Made by a program: the position numbers and the translations under genes
Shown: in pieces, positions 13,419 through 26,100 of the stretch
Numbering within the stretch: the first letter of the stretch is position 1
How the letters are laid out: every line of letters starts with the position of its first letter
Notes under the pieces: generated by a model
The model's input: only the letters and a program-made list of their open reading frames with translations
Databases searched by the model: none
What the model was told of the DNA's origin: nothing
From: Squalus acanthias
Lineage: Eukaryota
NCBI GenBank assembly: GCA_030390025.1
Contig: CM059431.1
Span: forward strand, 109,742,001-109,806,000
DNA length: 64,000 nucleotides
Direction of reading: 5' to 3'

Positions 13419-13656
13419 TGTGGCGGATCGCCACCTAAACGGGCATAATCCACTCTTCCGTCCGTGGACAAATATCCAGCACCTTCCCTTTAAGGCACCT
13501 TACCTTTAAGGCAGGAGTGGGCGGGGCCTCAGGTTTTTCCCAGAGAATTCTGGGAGCTTTCTGTTCAGCCATTTTACCATGCAGTTGCATTAAAAAAGCC
13601 TTTTGTTTTCCACACATGGATTCAGCCTTAATTCGTGTTTCGCGGCAGCCTCAACA
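13419..13656 (+). repeat. 3' LTR (238 bp)
   Basis: Same as the 5' LTR except a 16-nt duplication-like insert (ACCTTACCTTTAAGGC) and CC>TA near the 3' end. Confidence 0.95.
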
Positions 13657-13714
13657 TGCTTCTACATGTCTGTATGTTACAATTGGATTCGTTACCTGTT
13701 TTGTGATTGGCGCT

Positions 13715-14530
13715 TTTTTTATTTGTTTATGGGATCAGGACGTCGCTGGCAATGCCAGCATTTATTGCCCATCCCTAGTTGCCCTTGAGAAGGTGGTGAT
13801 GAGCCACCTTCTTGAACCGCTGCAGTCCGTGTGGTGATGGTACTCCCACAGTGCTGTTAGGTAGGGAGTTCCAGGATTTTGACCCAGCGACGATGAAGGA
13901 TCGGCGATATACTTCTAAGTCAGGATGGTATGTGACTTGGAGGGGAACTTGGAGGGGGTGGTGTTCCCATGCGCCTGCTGCCCTTGTCCTTCTAGGTGGA
14001 AGAGGTCGCGGGTTTGGGAGGTGTTGCCGAAGAAGCCTTGGCGAGTTGCTGCAGTGCATCTTGTAGATGGTACACACTGCAGCCACGGTACGCCCGTGGT
14101 GGAGGGAGTGAATGTTTAAGGTGGTGGATGGGGTGCCAATCGAGCAGGCTGCTTTGTCCTGGATGGTGTCGAGCTTCTTGAGTGTTGTTGGAGCTGCACT
14201 CATCCAGGCAAGTAGAGAGTATTCCATCACGCTCCTTACTTGTGCCTTATAGATGGTGGAAAGGCTTTGGGAAGTCAGGAGGTGAGACACTCACCGCAGA
14301 ATACCCAGCCTCTGACCTGCTCTTGTTGCCACAGTATTTAAGTGGCTGGTCCAGTTAAGTTTCTGGTTAATGGTGACCCCCAGGATGTTGATGGTGGGGG
14401 ATTCGGCGATGGTAATGCCATTGAATGTCAAGGGGAGGTGGTTAGACTCTCGCTTGTTGGAGATAGTCATCGCCTGGCACTTCTGTGGCTCGAATGTTAC
14501 CTGCCACTTATCAGCCCAAGCCTGAACGTC
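13715..14530 (-). mobile_element. CR1-group (Zenon-like) LINE 3' fragment
   Basis: TIYKAQVRSVMEYSLLAW...LDTIQDKA...SLHHGRTVAAVCTIYK...SWNSLP; 3' UTR GGGCAACTAGGGATGGGCAATAAATGCTGG then A-rich tail; clade label tentative. Confidence 0.8.
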
Positions 14531-17389
14531 TGAGCAAAAGATATTGGCTGCACTACTTTCAAAAATGATTCAGAGCGATGACTTTAATTCCACTTCTGCA
14601 TCCTTACCATTGACAGCTGGCTTTTGAGTGGAGGTTTTCTGAAATTTCTGATTGTTAATTTTAACTCCCATTCGCTATGTGTTGATTGGCACACTCTGGA
14701 CCGCTTCAGTTGTGATTATCACTATTCCATACATATGAACTTTCAGCTGCACAAGGACATCCCATGACGGGTTGCCCTTGCTCACATTGCTTGGCAGTGC
14801 TTAGCACGTGGCAGTAAATCCAACAGTAGTGACATTTTTAGTGTAAAATTAAGTGGCAGTCATTGAAACTGCTGCCCGTGCCATACTGTACAGACAAAAA
14901 TATCATGTTCCGTATAACTGAGCAGAATAGTAGTCGGGGATGTTCTGTTCTCCCTGACACTTTAGGGAGTCTCATGTTTGCAGAATTAGGACCTGCTCGT
15001 CAGCGTGTCAATTTGCCATTTTCCTGACCTCATGAGGTCTGAAGCAGAATCTGAAGCGAAACCCAGGAAATAATCCCAAACGCTTACGCTTAACAGGCCT
15101 TTAACTAAAGCCGCAATTTTAACTCTGGACGCGCTCTGGGCAGGTGTGGTACGAGGCGATGAGAGTTGTACGTGAGGTCCGGGCTATTTTAACTCTCGGG
15201 CCTCATCAGCATTTGGCAGCGCTGTCTCCTGCCCAAAACCGGCCAGGATTGATGCGCCGTTGACAGCATTAGCCAGTTACGACTCTACAAACTAAATTGT
15301 CTCATGTGCACTTTAGGCACCAGACTAAAACAATCTGGCTGAATTTCTTCAAGAGAGGGTTGATGACTGGTGGTGGTATATTCCCTTGCTGTATCATCAA
15401 AATGAACAAGATTAGTTGGCTCGCTACCAGTTCATTTGCATCCAGCTGGATGGTGACATTTGCTTAAGTAAGGTCAGTGATATAATCGAGGCCATCATTA
15501 GAATTAGCCCTGGAACTGGAGTGATTTGAAGTAGCCAGCTATCAGAATTTCTAACCATCATGTCAAACAAAACGCACCTGCTGCATTGTGGCACTTGGTC
15601 AACATGAGACTGAATTAACTGGAGGCAGGCGAGGTGCAACGGGTCAATTTATTAGCCAGACATTAGAGCTGACCAATTGTTGAAAAAAAAAATGATCATG
15701 AAGACATCTCCAGGAAGTAGCCCAAGCAAAGGCACCACTACAAATGCAGTTAGGTTGTAGGATGTTGGTGATGAAATTCATTAATGCCACAGCAGGACAA
15801 AGATGTCGACTGTGCTACTTAAGACACCAACCTGCCTGAGCTGATCTGAGAACAATGGGGTAGAAATTGTGGTCTCCGTGGCGACGTACGCCCAAATCTG
15901 TCAGAATAGCGCCGCAACTTCCGGGTTTCCGCATACACGAAACCCGGAACTTGAGATCTGTCAACGTACGCCTTATAGTTCTTGTTCATCAGATCACATC
16001 AACAATTGAGAGCTTGTTTTACTTGTTATATTCAGTATTTATTCAATCTAACGGCTTTAATTACTTAGCTATAGGCACGTTGTTAGAGTTAGACAACTGA
16101 TAGTTATCTACAATATGTTTCAGGAAGAAGGGTAGAACTTTTTAACTTCGGCCGGGCGTAAAACTAACGTTATTGGATCAGCCACCCGTCAAAGAAGCAA
16201 TGGTTGTTTCCCTTCACCTTGAGCAAAAATAAAGAATAGGATTAGGAGTAAGTCAACCGTGGCCATGTGTTATACTTACGGTCTGCACTGGAGATTAGTG
16301 AATTGTTGAGATGTAAGCAATTGGATGCATCTGCTTGTGCTGGCTCAATCCATGTGTACGGTTAAACCCATCCAGCATCTGAACTGATGGCAGCACAATT
16401 CTGTCAGGTGCTCCACATCGAAGTGAATAACCTGACTTTATTTGTGATTCAATAAACAATTTTTCTGGAGAGCGCAGCTGTGTGTTAATGAAGGTTGGTG
16501 GGGGGCGGGGGGGGGGAAGGAAGAGGAAGAGAACATCACAGTGGTTCAGTAAGATTAATGGCTTCCCGAAACATCGAATAGAGATGCATGTTACATCATC
16601 ACACCTGAGATGCTGTTGATGTAGCATTCATTGTGGATGGTGTCGCAGATCTTGTGTCACTTCCATTTCACAAAGGAAAGAGGAAATAACTCACAAAATG
16701 GTAGAGTCATGAATTAGATATGAAATGTTTTAATTAAAAGCAGCTCTTCATTCAGTGTCCTTGCTAAGTAGGGAATATCATATTTATTTTATTTTTTTGC
16801 ATGTCTTAATGAAGCCAGGATTGCCTCCGTACTAAAGTAAACTGGGGAAACTAAGTACTGATGGAAGTATCTGCCATAAAACTTTCCATCAGCACTTAGA
16901 TAGTTTACTTAAGTTATCACCATATGGTAATCCCCAAGATAGTAAAATGGAGCATTTTACCCCAAGTCTCTTTAGCAGATTACAATATTTGATGCAAGAG
17001 AACTCCAGGGCACTACATGAATTTCTACTTAATGTTCATTTTATTCAGTAGCTTTAAAATATTAATGATAATGTCTTGGAGATGTTAATGTTGCCTTTTT
17101 AAAACTTTAGAAAAATGTTACATTAAAGCTGAATGAGACCTGTCCTGACTATAAACTATAGCTTTTTAATGCATACAGTAGTTATTTTCCCAGTTTATTC
17201 TACTGCACCCCATCTCAATTGTCTTATTAGTTCCTCCTTTTTGGAATCGAGTGATTGACACTGAGGCAAAGTTCCATGGTCACTGAGAGTTTTCCAGTAC
17301 CTCATCCAAGTGACCATTTTTCATATAAGTGCTGAGCCCGTGAGTCCCAGCAGGCTATTTGTCCAGTACAGCATGACAGCTGAGCTTTA

Positions 17390-17717
17390 CATCTTTCGGA
17401 TGAGACGTTAAACGGAGGCCCCGTCTGCTCTCAGGTGGACGTAAAAGATCCCACTGCACTATTTCGAAGAAGAGCAGGGGAGTTATCCCCGGTGTCCTGG
17501 CCAATATTTATCCCTCAATCAACATCACAAAAACAGATTATCTGGTCATTATCACATTGCTGTTTGTGGGAGCTTGCTGTGCGCAAATTGGCTGCCGCGT
17601 TTCCCACATTACAACAATGACTACACTCCAAAAAAAGTACTTCATTGGCTGTAAAGCGCTTTGAGACGTCCGGTGGTTGTGAAAGGCGCTATATAAATGT
17701 AAGTCTTTTTTCTTTCT
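17390..17717 (+). mobile_element. DeuSINE, 5'-truncated
   Basis: Deu core and tail. Confidence 0.85.
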
Positions 17718-17861
17718 TAATCTTGTCCTGACCCAATGCCCTTACACACCCACTTCCAAAGAGGATCAATGGATAGAAACCAGCAGCGGGAGCCCTGGTG
17801 ACTTTTTTTCTCCTTCTTATTCTAGGGACACTAATGTCAATTGTAACATGGTGACCGCTGC

Positions 17862-18437
17862 ACAAAATTACACAGAATTACATTGAATTATATAGAATTT
17901 ACAGCACAGAAACAGGCCATTTGGACCAACTGGTCTATGCTGGTGTTTATGCTCCACCCGAGCCTCCTCCCACCCTATTTCTTATAATCCTATCAGCATA
18001 TCCTTCTATTCCTTTCTCCCTCATGTACTTATCTAGCTTCCCCTTAAATGCATCTACGCTAGTCGCCTCAACCGCTCCCTATGGTAGCGAGTTCCACATT
18101 CTAACCAATCCATGGGTAAAGAAGTTTCTCCTCAATTACTTATTGGATTTATTAGTGGCCATCTTATATTTATGACCCCTAGTTTTGCACTCCCCACAAG
18201 GGGAAACATCTTCTCTACGTCTACCTTATCGAACCCCTTCATAATTTTAAAGACCTGTTAGGTCACCCCTCAGCCTTCTCTTTTCTAGAGAAAAGAGCCC
18301 CAGCCTGTTTGGTCTTTCCTGATAGGTATAACCTTTCAGCTCTGGTATCATCCTTGTAAATCTTTTATGCATCTTCTCAAGTGCCTCTATATCCATTTGG
18401 TAACACAGAGACCAGGACTGTACACAGTACTCCAAGT
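17862..18437 (-). mobile_element. CR1/HER1 LINE 3' fragment
   Basis: EYCVQSWS...ALEKMHKRFTRMIP...LEKRRLRGDL on minus strand. Confidence 0.88.
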
Positions 18438-19974
18438 ACTTATATTTTCTTATTCAAACGTTATTTTAAATCTTATGCAGTGCTCTTATATCATGATTAG
18501 ATTTTTCCTGTAAATCATGCTTTTTCCCTAGATTTGTCGATTTATCTTGTATATTTTTCTGTGTAAGTGCAGATGAGACTGCAATAGGAAAATGACTGAA
18601 AATAAATATCCTTTTCTTTTTTTTCCCTTCTTGTCTGTGTGTAATTCTTTTAAAATTGAAGATTAAATCTGACTTCCTGTATATTCTCCCACTGATTCTC
18701 CTGTCAATCTCTATCCTCTTTGCTGTCTTTTTTCTTGCTTGACTCTTTTTTTCTCCTGAAGTTTATTTTTCCCTCTGCTCTTACCTTCTCTCTTTCTTTT
18801 TTTTTATGTTTCCTTCTTATGCTGCTCTGTTTCTTTCATTCATCTTTTACTGTTTCGTTTATTCCTGGATTATTTTCAGTCTTCCACCAAGATGTCTGTG
18901 AAAATCAAGACTTCCCCACAGTTATGGAACCATTAGCTGCATGCTTTCCTTTCATTTTAATGAAATCTAATCCAAAGGAATGTTAATGTACTTCCCACGA
19001 CCCAATATATTTATCAAAATAAAGTTTCCAATAAAGATGGAGACCTCAAACGTTTTTTTGACGGTGGGCTGTGCCTTCATTGTGCTTCTGAAACAAAAAT
19101 ACTTACAAAAACATCATCAGACTAATCATTTCTGATGTAGCCCATGGCAAAACTGCAGCGTTGAAAAAGCCTCATTGATTGGCACAAAGACCTTGGTTAT
19201 TTTGCCTAGCACCTTTGAGTTTTATTGTCTGCATAATCATTGAGATTTTGTATGTGTCAAAGTTTTATCTCTGTAAAGGTCGAGTGACACGGATAGGATA
19301 TCTGCATAATTTAATAATACTTCACAAAGAGCCATTTTGGACATTTCTAATCTCAGTGATTCAATTGATTAACCCATGTGTACAGATGAGAGATTGTGTG
19401 GACTTAATTGACTGAATAGGTCCAAATTGGGGAAACTTGAAAATATCAGAGCGGATCAACCAATTCAGATTATGATTTGGATCAACTTCAGCTGTCAACC
19501 CAGTGAGGAAGAAAAAGTGAATTCACCTTATTACTGGCTAATCCACACAGTACCATGGAGAACTGCAACTATACACTTGCATAATAGACCTGCAAAATAA
19601 AAGGGCCTTCAATTTTTTGTCGTGCATTAGCCTATTTATTTTAAATGGTTCAATGCCTCTGCTAAGATATAGGACAAAGAAAAGCATTCAGCATTCATCT
19701 GCTAATATCACCAACTGTTCATTCTTGGGTATAATCTATAAAGTATATGAAAAGTATTCAAACAACATGAATACATAGGATCAGAAATGCATGACTCATT
19801 TGCTAATAAACATCAGCTTCTTTTACATATTGGCTTCTGAAGCAAAACAGGAATTTGTAAGTTAACAATACAAAAAGATTTATGTAGATGTTGAAAAATA
19901 ATTGTATTTTTCTAGTGCTGCTTGGGATTAAGGGGTGTGTCAGCACTGACAGAACCAAAAATACAATTATATAT

Positions 19975-20170
19975 TGTAGTCGAAGCGAATAGCATAGATG
20001 CATTTAAGGAGCTGTTAAATAAGTACATGAGGGAGAAAGGAATTGAAGGATATTCTGATAGTGTTAGATGAAGTAGGGTTGGGAGGAGGCTCTTGTGGGG
20101 CATAAACACCGACATAGACCAGTTGGGCTGAATGGCCTGTTTCTGTGCTGTGCATTCTATGTAATTCTAC
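19975..20170 (+). mobile_element. CR1 3' end fragment
   Basis: GCATTTAAGGAGCTGTTAAATAAGTACATGAGG...GGGCTGAATGGCCTGTTTCTGTGCTG tail, matching the 17862-18437 family. Confidence 0.75.
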
Positions 20171-20529
20171 GTGTATTTACTGAGGTAATATAAAATGATG
20201 CATTGACATTAGACAAAAAAAAATGGATGTATTGCATTACCCCGAGGGCTGAATGGGCTAATTTTCCAAATGCTCACTGCCCAGTGGAAATCTTGCCTAC
20301 TGATAGAGCATATTGGAAAATCATGGGCAGCCCTCCTGTGATTCTCCAATGTCCATTGCTGGTGGGTGTTTCAAACTCGGAAGATTACCCCGAGTGAATA
20401 GTCCCATGTTTGTGGTGAGTTAGCTGGTCTGAGCTGGAGCAGTGTTAGGAAGGAAAGGGAGGGAGGAATTGCATTTGTTTGTTTGAAGGTGCCACCCTAA
20501 AGGAGCACCGTCAAAACCGTATAATTTGA

Positions 20530-20930
20530 GCTGTGTTAAAGACTTGACTTAAAGAGGAGTGCAGAGCAAAAGTGTCTGACCTGACAAAGGTTCCCCATGG
20601 CTCCCTGGAATGAGCCTGCATCGTAAAAATTGCGAGCGGCGCTCCCTTTCTGGGCCACAGAGAGAGCCGTCCGCCCTGTGAACCTTGGTTGCAGATCTGG
20701 CTGCAGCAGCAAACACAGCTCCTCCAAAGCTTCATGACTGAAGCCCAGCCTCCTGAGATAGAGTTCTTGAGTGATCTCAGAAAGCGCGCCTAGGCCTAGA
20801 GGACGGGTGGTGCTGGGATGGTCAGGCTCTCCTCTGGTGCCCACCTGATTAATCTGGCTTCCCTTACCGCCTCCTTCTGCTCCTCTTCCTCCACCATTTC
20901 AATCATGTAAAATGAGATTCCCATCGGGAA
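20530..20930 (-). pseudogene. Decayed PIF/Harbinger (HARBI1-like) transposase N-terminal part
   Basis: YLRRLGFSHEALEELCLLLQPDLQPRFTGRTALSVA...FYDAGSFQGAMGNLCQ resembles the HARBI1-family N-terminal region. Confidence 0.65.
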
Positions 20931-22282
20931 GCCCATTGAGCAGCCCTACGATCCTAGCTCAGTAATTCTCTTGAAATAAAATGTTTTTCGAGGGTAATGC
21001 AGAAAGTAGGGGAAAGCTTCCTGAGTATAAGAGTGAAAACACTCTTTTTTTTGCAATACCTACAGTGAGTCCCACTATGTAACCAAAAGTCTCCCACAAG
21101 CAACCACAGCTAGAACTGTTCCTGTAACAAAGTACTTCCACCTTGATGCATGGGTTCTGGCAAACCGTGCCTTTTAAACAGTGGCATTTTCAAGTGGCTG
21201 CCACTATGAGGGCAGAAGCTTCTTCAACTCATCCTGAAACTGAACGGAATTTCTTTCGGGGTGCTTCCCTCGCAGAACCCCTGCGTAAATCAACCCCATC
21301 GAAAATTACTGGCCCCGCAAAGGTGCAAATCCAGGAATTTCAGGGCCTATAGCTTTAAACATTGCAAGTAAAAGAGTATCAATTGAGTGCAAGACACATA
21401 GTTGGAGCAAAACATTTTTATATGCTTGCAAATGTACTGTGGAATAACTAGAGCATCGGACTATCAATGGAGGATTAATTGTGTGCCTTCATTTGTCTTC
21501 AAAACAGATCATCAGTAGTTTCTGTGACACTGTGGAATGTTTGTAAGCTCTTTGGTGGTGCAGGAATTGGTAAACACATTTGCAGGTGAGCGATCTTCAA
21601 AAGCAAATCGTTACAAAACTTCACCGTCTAAAACATAAAACTCGACTGAAATACTAAATGTCTCGGCACTAATGTTAAAGACAGCAACAATATTGAAAAT
21701 ATCCACACCAAACAATAAGTCTAAGTACAGTATATGCATTACCTGCCTAATTAGAATATGGCACAACAGGCACTTTCTAAGAAGGTGCATTATTCATATA
21801 CAGTCCTCCTTCATGATAACAGTCCTCAAGAACCAACCAAGTATGCACTATTACCAACAAACTCATTGAAGGTTTGCACAAAATTTCTATGCTATTTTAA
21901 TAAAAGTACTAATCCATTTTAAACAGATTAGTTAAAACAGCAGACAGAGGATTTCATACAGTCACATGTTTCTTATTAATATTGCACCGTGTGATTTTAA
22001 CTCATAAGTATGATGACCATTATGCACAGTGCGTCCTACAATAAAAGTCTTGTAATTCTAACATGCACGAGCCAGGAACCAAGGTTCACTATGAAATAAC
22101 TACAACTGGGGTAAATATTCACCTTTTGACTTGACTGTGATGCTGCATAACTTTCTCATTAGTAACTTTAACAACCAAAATTTGGCTTCCTCCCCACCCC
22201 CAACCCCACCCATTTTTCACATATTTGTTAATCCATTTTTGGAGGGGTAGGAATAGCTAGAGTAGCATTAAATAGAGATGAA

Positions 22283-23127
22283 GGGCTGGATTTTGTCAAT
22301 GGGAAGCTTTTGGAGGCGGGACTGCTGCTTGCCGGCTTTCAATCCCGCCTCCATCAGCTTCTGGCCAACCAGCGGGATTTTCCCCTGATTGACTTTGTTC
22401 AGCCCGCCCAGCGGGCTCAGCAGGCCAATTAGGGGGAAGTCAGTGACAGAGCACGTCAACGTCTGACGTGCCATCTGTCAAGATTTCTTGAAAGAAGAAA
22501 TGTCAGCGTTTGACAGTTCTGTGAAGCTGCCAAACACTGACATTCTGTGTAGTTTGATGAGTCTTTTTGTTCAGGACTCATCAAACCTTTCAACTTTGCA
22601 GAAATCACCTGGCTGTTGGTTTGGAGGATCCAACAGCCAGTCTGTGAAATCTACAATGAAGATGTCGGGACTCCGGATCCACAGCGGCTGAAGGCTGTAG
22701 GCAGAAACAAAGGTAAGTGAACATTTTATAACACTTAACACTCACCTTACATACTTACCACTCCACACTTGCACCCATCACTCACCTCTACATCTCACTT
22801 TCAGACCCCTCCGACCCCAGCAGACCCCCTTCTCGTCTCCTACACCCTGGTGGGGTTCTCCGAGGTTGGGAAGCCTGCACTTCGGAGTTAAAAATAGGGC
22901 TAATCCTATTTTCTGCCTGTTAACTACCTGTTAACAGGCAGTTAATAGGTTTTATTCCCTTTCCCGCCTCGAGGAGACGGGACCCGGGGCAGGATGGCTT
23001 CCCGGCTCCTGGCAAGAGGGCACGGAGGCGGGTTGGGGGCGGGTTTGCCAGCCGCCCCCAAATCCTGAAACTTTACCGGCAGTCCCGCCTCCATACCCGC
23101 CTCCTCGGGGCTGGTAAAATCCAGCCC
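22283..23127. mobile_element. PIF/Harbinger-type non-autonomous element (MITE)
   Basis: TIRs GGGCTGGATTTT...AAAATCCAGCCC; 3-bp TSD GAA/GAA. Confidence 0.85.
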
Positions 23128-23634
23128 GAAGAGTGTGTTAGTTCTTTCAACCTTGCATCTTTTTTTCTGCATGTCTATTTCTTGACTAAAATTAGCAAAG
23201 GCAAAATTTTTGGTCCCAAAGTGAACAAAACCACTCAAAAGCACATTAACCCTCAATGCGTCAAGACAAACCAACAAGATATATCTGCACAATAAATGTT
23301 TAAAATGCTCGTTCCGTCCTGCATCTACAAATGGACCTGCAAGCATCCGTTACAAGGGAAACCTACAGAGCTCTAATCTGTATCAAGATGTACAGAGTTT
23401 ACACTGTTTGAATTTGTTATCTTGTGATACTTTATTGCCTACTCGCACTGGGCAATTGAATGGATTGGGTTAATCAGGCAGTATTCTACAACTGTTTTTA
23501 AGAAACTTTAGAATATTAAAAAAATATTTTTTTTTTAAATGATGAAGAGTAGAGTTACTTCTGCTGTTCCTGAACTCATGTTTATCAACCATCTTTCAGT
23601 AACTTAAGTTATTTGTACTGAGACGCTACCATAC

Positions 23635-23795
23635 TTCAAAAGGGAATTGGATAAATACTTGGAGGAGAAAAAATTGCAGGGATATGGGGAAAGAGCGGGA
23701 GAGTGGGAAAGACTAGATTGCTCTTCAAAAGAGCCGCCACAGACTCGATGGGCCGAACAGCCTCCTTCTGTGCTGTACTATTCTATGATTCTATA
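23635..23795 (+). mobile_element. CR1 3' end fragment
   Basis: TTCAAAAGGGAATTGGATAAATACTTG...ATTCTATGATTCTA tail. Confidence 0.8.
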
Positions 23796-24482
23796 GCTAC
23801 CCTGTCAATCTTTGCATTATCCTGTAAAACCGACAGTGAAGAAAACGCTGCTTGTGCCAATTATAATGCATTTTCAATTGAACTTCAATTTAAGGTTTGT
23901 ACTTTCATGTTATCTCTCACAGCTGTAAATCACCCTTCACTCACCAATTTAACTACCATCACCAATATCTTTCCTCGCCATATGTATTTGTTTTTTCTCT
24001 GCAGCTTTGTGCAAATCATGCATCCTCAATTTTGTGAATATCAGCAAATCATGGTAGAATTATACTAATGTACCAATTGGTGGAGGCAGTATAATAACTT
24101 ATTGATGTCTGTGCACTTGTATGAAGAGCAAAATGGTGAGGAAAATGCCAGCTCTCAAAATGTGCTACCCGATAAAGAAGTGGTATTAGTGATTGCAGAG
24201 TCTAAGTTTTGTACGGAGATCAAAAGATATGTATTTTTTCGGTGAATCTTGTGGGCTAGATTTTCTGATCAGCGTTATTTTACTGCCAGCAATAACCCAT
24301 TTAAAATAAGATTTAATTTCGCCAGAAAAGAGCCAGTAGAGACATGATGGGCCAAATGGCCTCCTTCTGTGCTGTAAACTGCTGTGGTTCTAAATTACAT
24401 TAAAATAATGTGGATCAGGATAATCTAGGTTGTGATAGTAGTGATGGGTATTGGGGCAACTTTTCACTTCCTACACTCCATA

Positions 24483-24957
24483 GTCAGCTGTGGCTCAGTG
24501 GGTAGCACCCTCATGTTCTGAATCAGTAATGGTTGTGGGTTCAAGTCCCACTCTCAGAGACTTGAGCACAAAAATCTAGGCTGACATTCCAGTCCAGAAC
24601 TGAGGGAGTGCTGCACTGTCAGAGGTGCCGTCTTTCAGATGAGATGTTAGACTGAGGCTCCATCTGCTCACTCAGGTGGACGTAAAAGATCCCAGGGCAC
24701 TATTTTGAAGAAGAGCAGGGGAGTTCTCCCCAGTGTCCTGGCCAATATTTATCCCTCAATCAACATAACAAAAAACGATTATCTTGTCTTTATCATATTG
24801 CTGTTTGTGGGATCTTGCTGTGTTCAAGTTGGCTGCCGCATTTCCGACATTACAACAGTGACTACACTTCAAAAGTACTTCATTGGCTGTAAAGCACTTT
24901 GGGACGTCTGGTGGTTGTGAAAGGCGCTATATAAATGCAAGTCTTTCTTTTTTCTTT
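24483..24957 (+). mobile_element. DeuSINE, full length
   Basis: A/B boxes, Deu core, tail. Confidence 0.88.
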
Positions 24958-25278
24958 CTCAGGGCACGTATAACACAAGTTCAGTACATCATAAAACTCC
25001 ACTTTACTGTGTTCCCCACACCAGCATGATATATCATTTTTTAATAGGAAATTTGAAATGAAAAGTTACATTTTTGAACCAAATATGGATTATTTCTTCT
25101 GGAAACTAATTCAAAATCGATTGTGCAAACTGGGAAAAATTACTTTTCATTGAAATCTTTTGACTTTTTAGGGTAAAACTTCCTGCTATGGGAGACCCTG
25201 CTGACCTATCTTGTAAAGCTATTCCGGTCAGGACTTTTGGGCTTGCAACTAATTATATAAACACAACGAGCTTCTATC

Positions 25279-26020
25279 CACACAACTGGCTACCTACAGG
25301 AGCTAGCACACCTCTGGTTCTCTATGCAGGAGTCCTCCCCTTTTCCATTGGGGATTTGGCGTGGAGAGTGTTGCACAGAGCAGTACCGTGCAATAAATTT
25401 TTAAGCAGGTTCACGGACTCCCAGGCTGCCTGTAACCTGCGGCCTGAATGAGTCCGTGTTTCATGTATATGTGGAGTGTGAGAGGTTGCAGCCCCATTCT
25501 GCTATTTGAAAGGGCTGTTCCTCAATTTTTGGCTGCACTTCAGTCCCACGCTCCTGATCTTTGGCCAGCCGGCGCGGAGGGGAGCGGGCAAGTCGGAGGA
25601 CCTCCTCGTAGGACTGCTCCGGGGCCTGGCCAAGGTGGCCATCAACAGGTCCAGGCAGCGGGCAGTCAAAGGGGTCGTTCGGCCCGACCGCCTGCATCTC
25701 TTCTGTGGCTATGTTCATGCCCGGGAGTCCCTGGAGAGGGAGCATGCAGTGTCTACTGGTACGCTTGAGACCTTGAGTGACCTGTGGGCACCGGAGGGAC
25801 TGGAGTGCATCCCTGGGACCAAATTTTAATTTAATTTGTAAAGTTTCATTTAAAATTGGTTTAATTTAGTTTATTGGTTGTGCCCCTTTAAGAAGGGGGC
25901 ACTTGTTAACTCTCATTGTTGATGACGATTGTCATCCTAATTGGTAATTGAAGAGTGAGCACACCTCTGGCTACGTACAGGAGCTAGCACACAGCTGATT
26001 ACCTACATGAGCGAGCACAC
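25279..26020 (+). repeat. ~28-bp degenerate tandem repeat interrupted by the Tx1-like insertion
   Basis: Units CACAC-NN-CTGGCTACCTACAGGAGCTAG at 25279, 25307/25960 (split) and 25988, partial at 26016. Confidence 0.7.
25318..25957 (+). mobile_element. Tx1/L1-group non-LTR retrotransposon 3' end
   Basis: GDLAWRVLHRAVPCN...AACNL..(E)SVFHVYVEC zinc-knuckle-like region then FWLHFSPTLLIFG...LAKVAI; T-rich 3' UTR; 13-bp TSD AGCACACCTCTGG (25305-25317, 25958-25970). Confidence 0.8.
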
Positions 26021-26100
26021 GGAGTCGAATCTCATCACACTGCTGCAGTAATTTGAAGGGCTGCAGCAATTTGAACGGCTGCATTGTCGGTTCAGCAGGG

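Larger units (their letters stand above)
9329..13656 (+). mobile_element. Full-length Ty3/Gypsy LTR retrotransposon, CsRn1-like lineage, inactivated
   Basis: Two TG...CA LTRs; 4-bp TSD TGCT (9325-9328, 13657-13660); PBS; PPT; gag-PR-RT-RH-IN domain order. Confidence 0.95.

Noticed and set aside
10043..13434. Many overlapping and antisense ORFs within the Gypsy element
   Set aside because: Expected from high GC content; shadows of gag-pol without recognisable domains, and no env-like ORF seen
16279..16430. Minus-strand exon-like segment ending in GTAAGT
   Set aside because: Stops in all frames and a poor polypyrimidine tract
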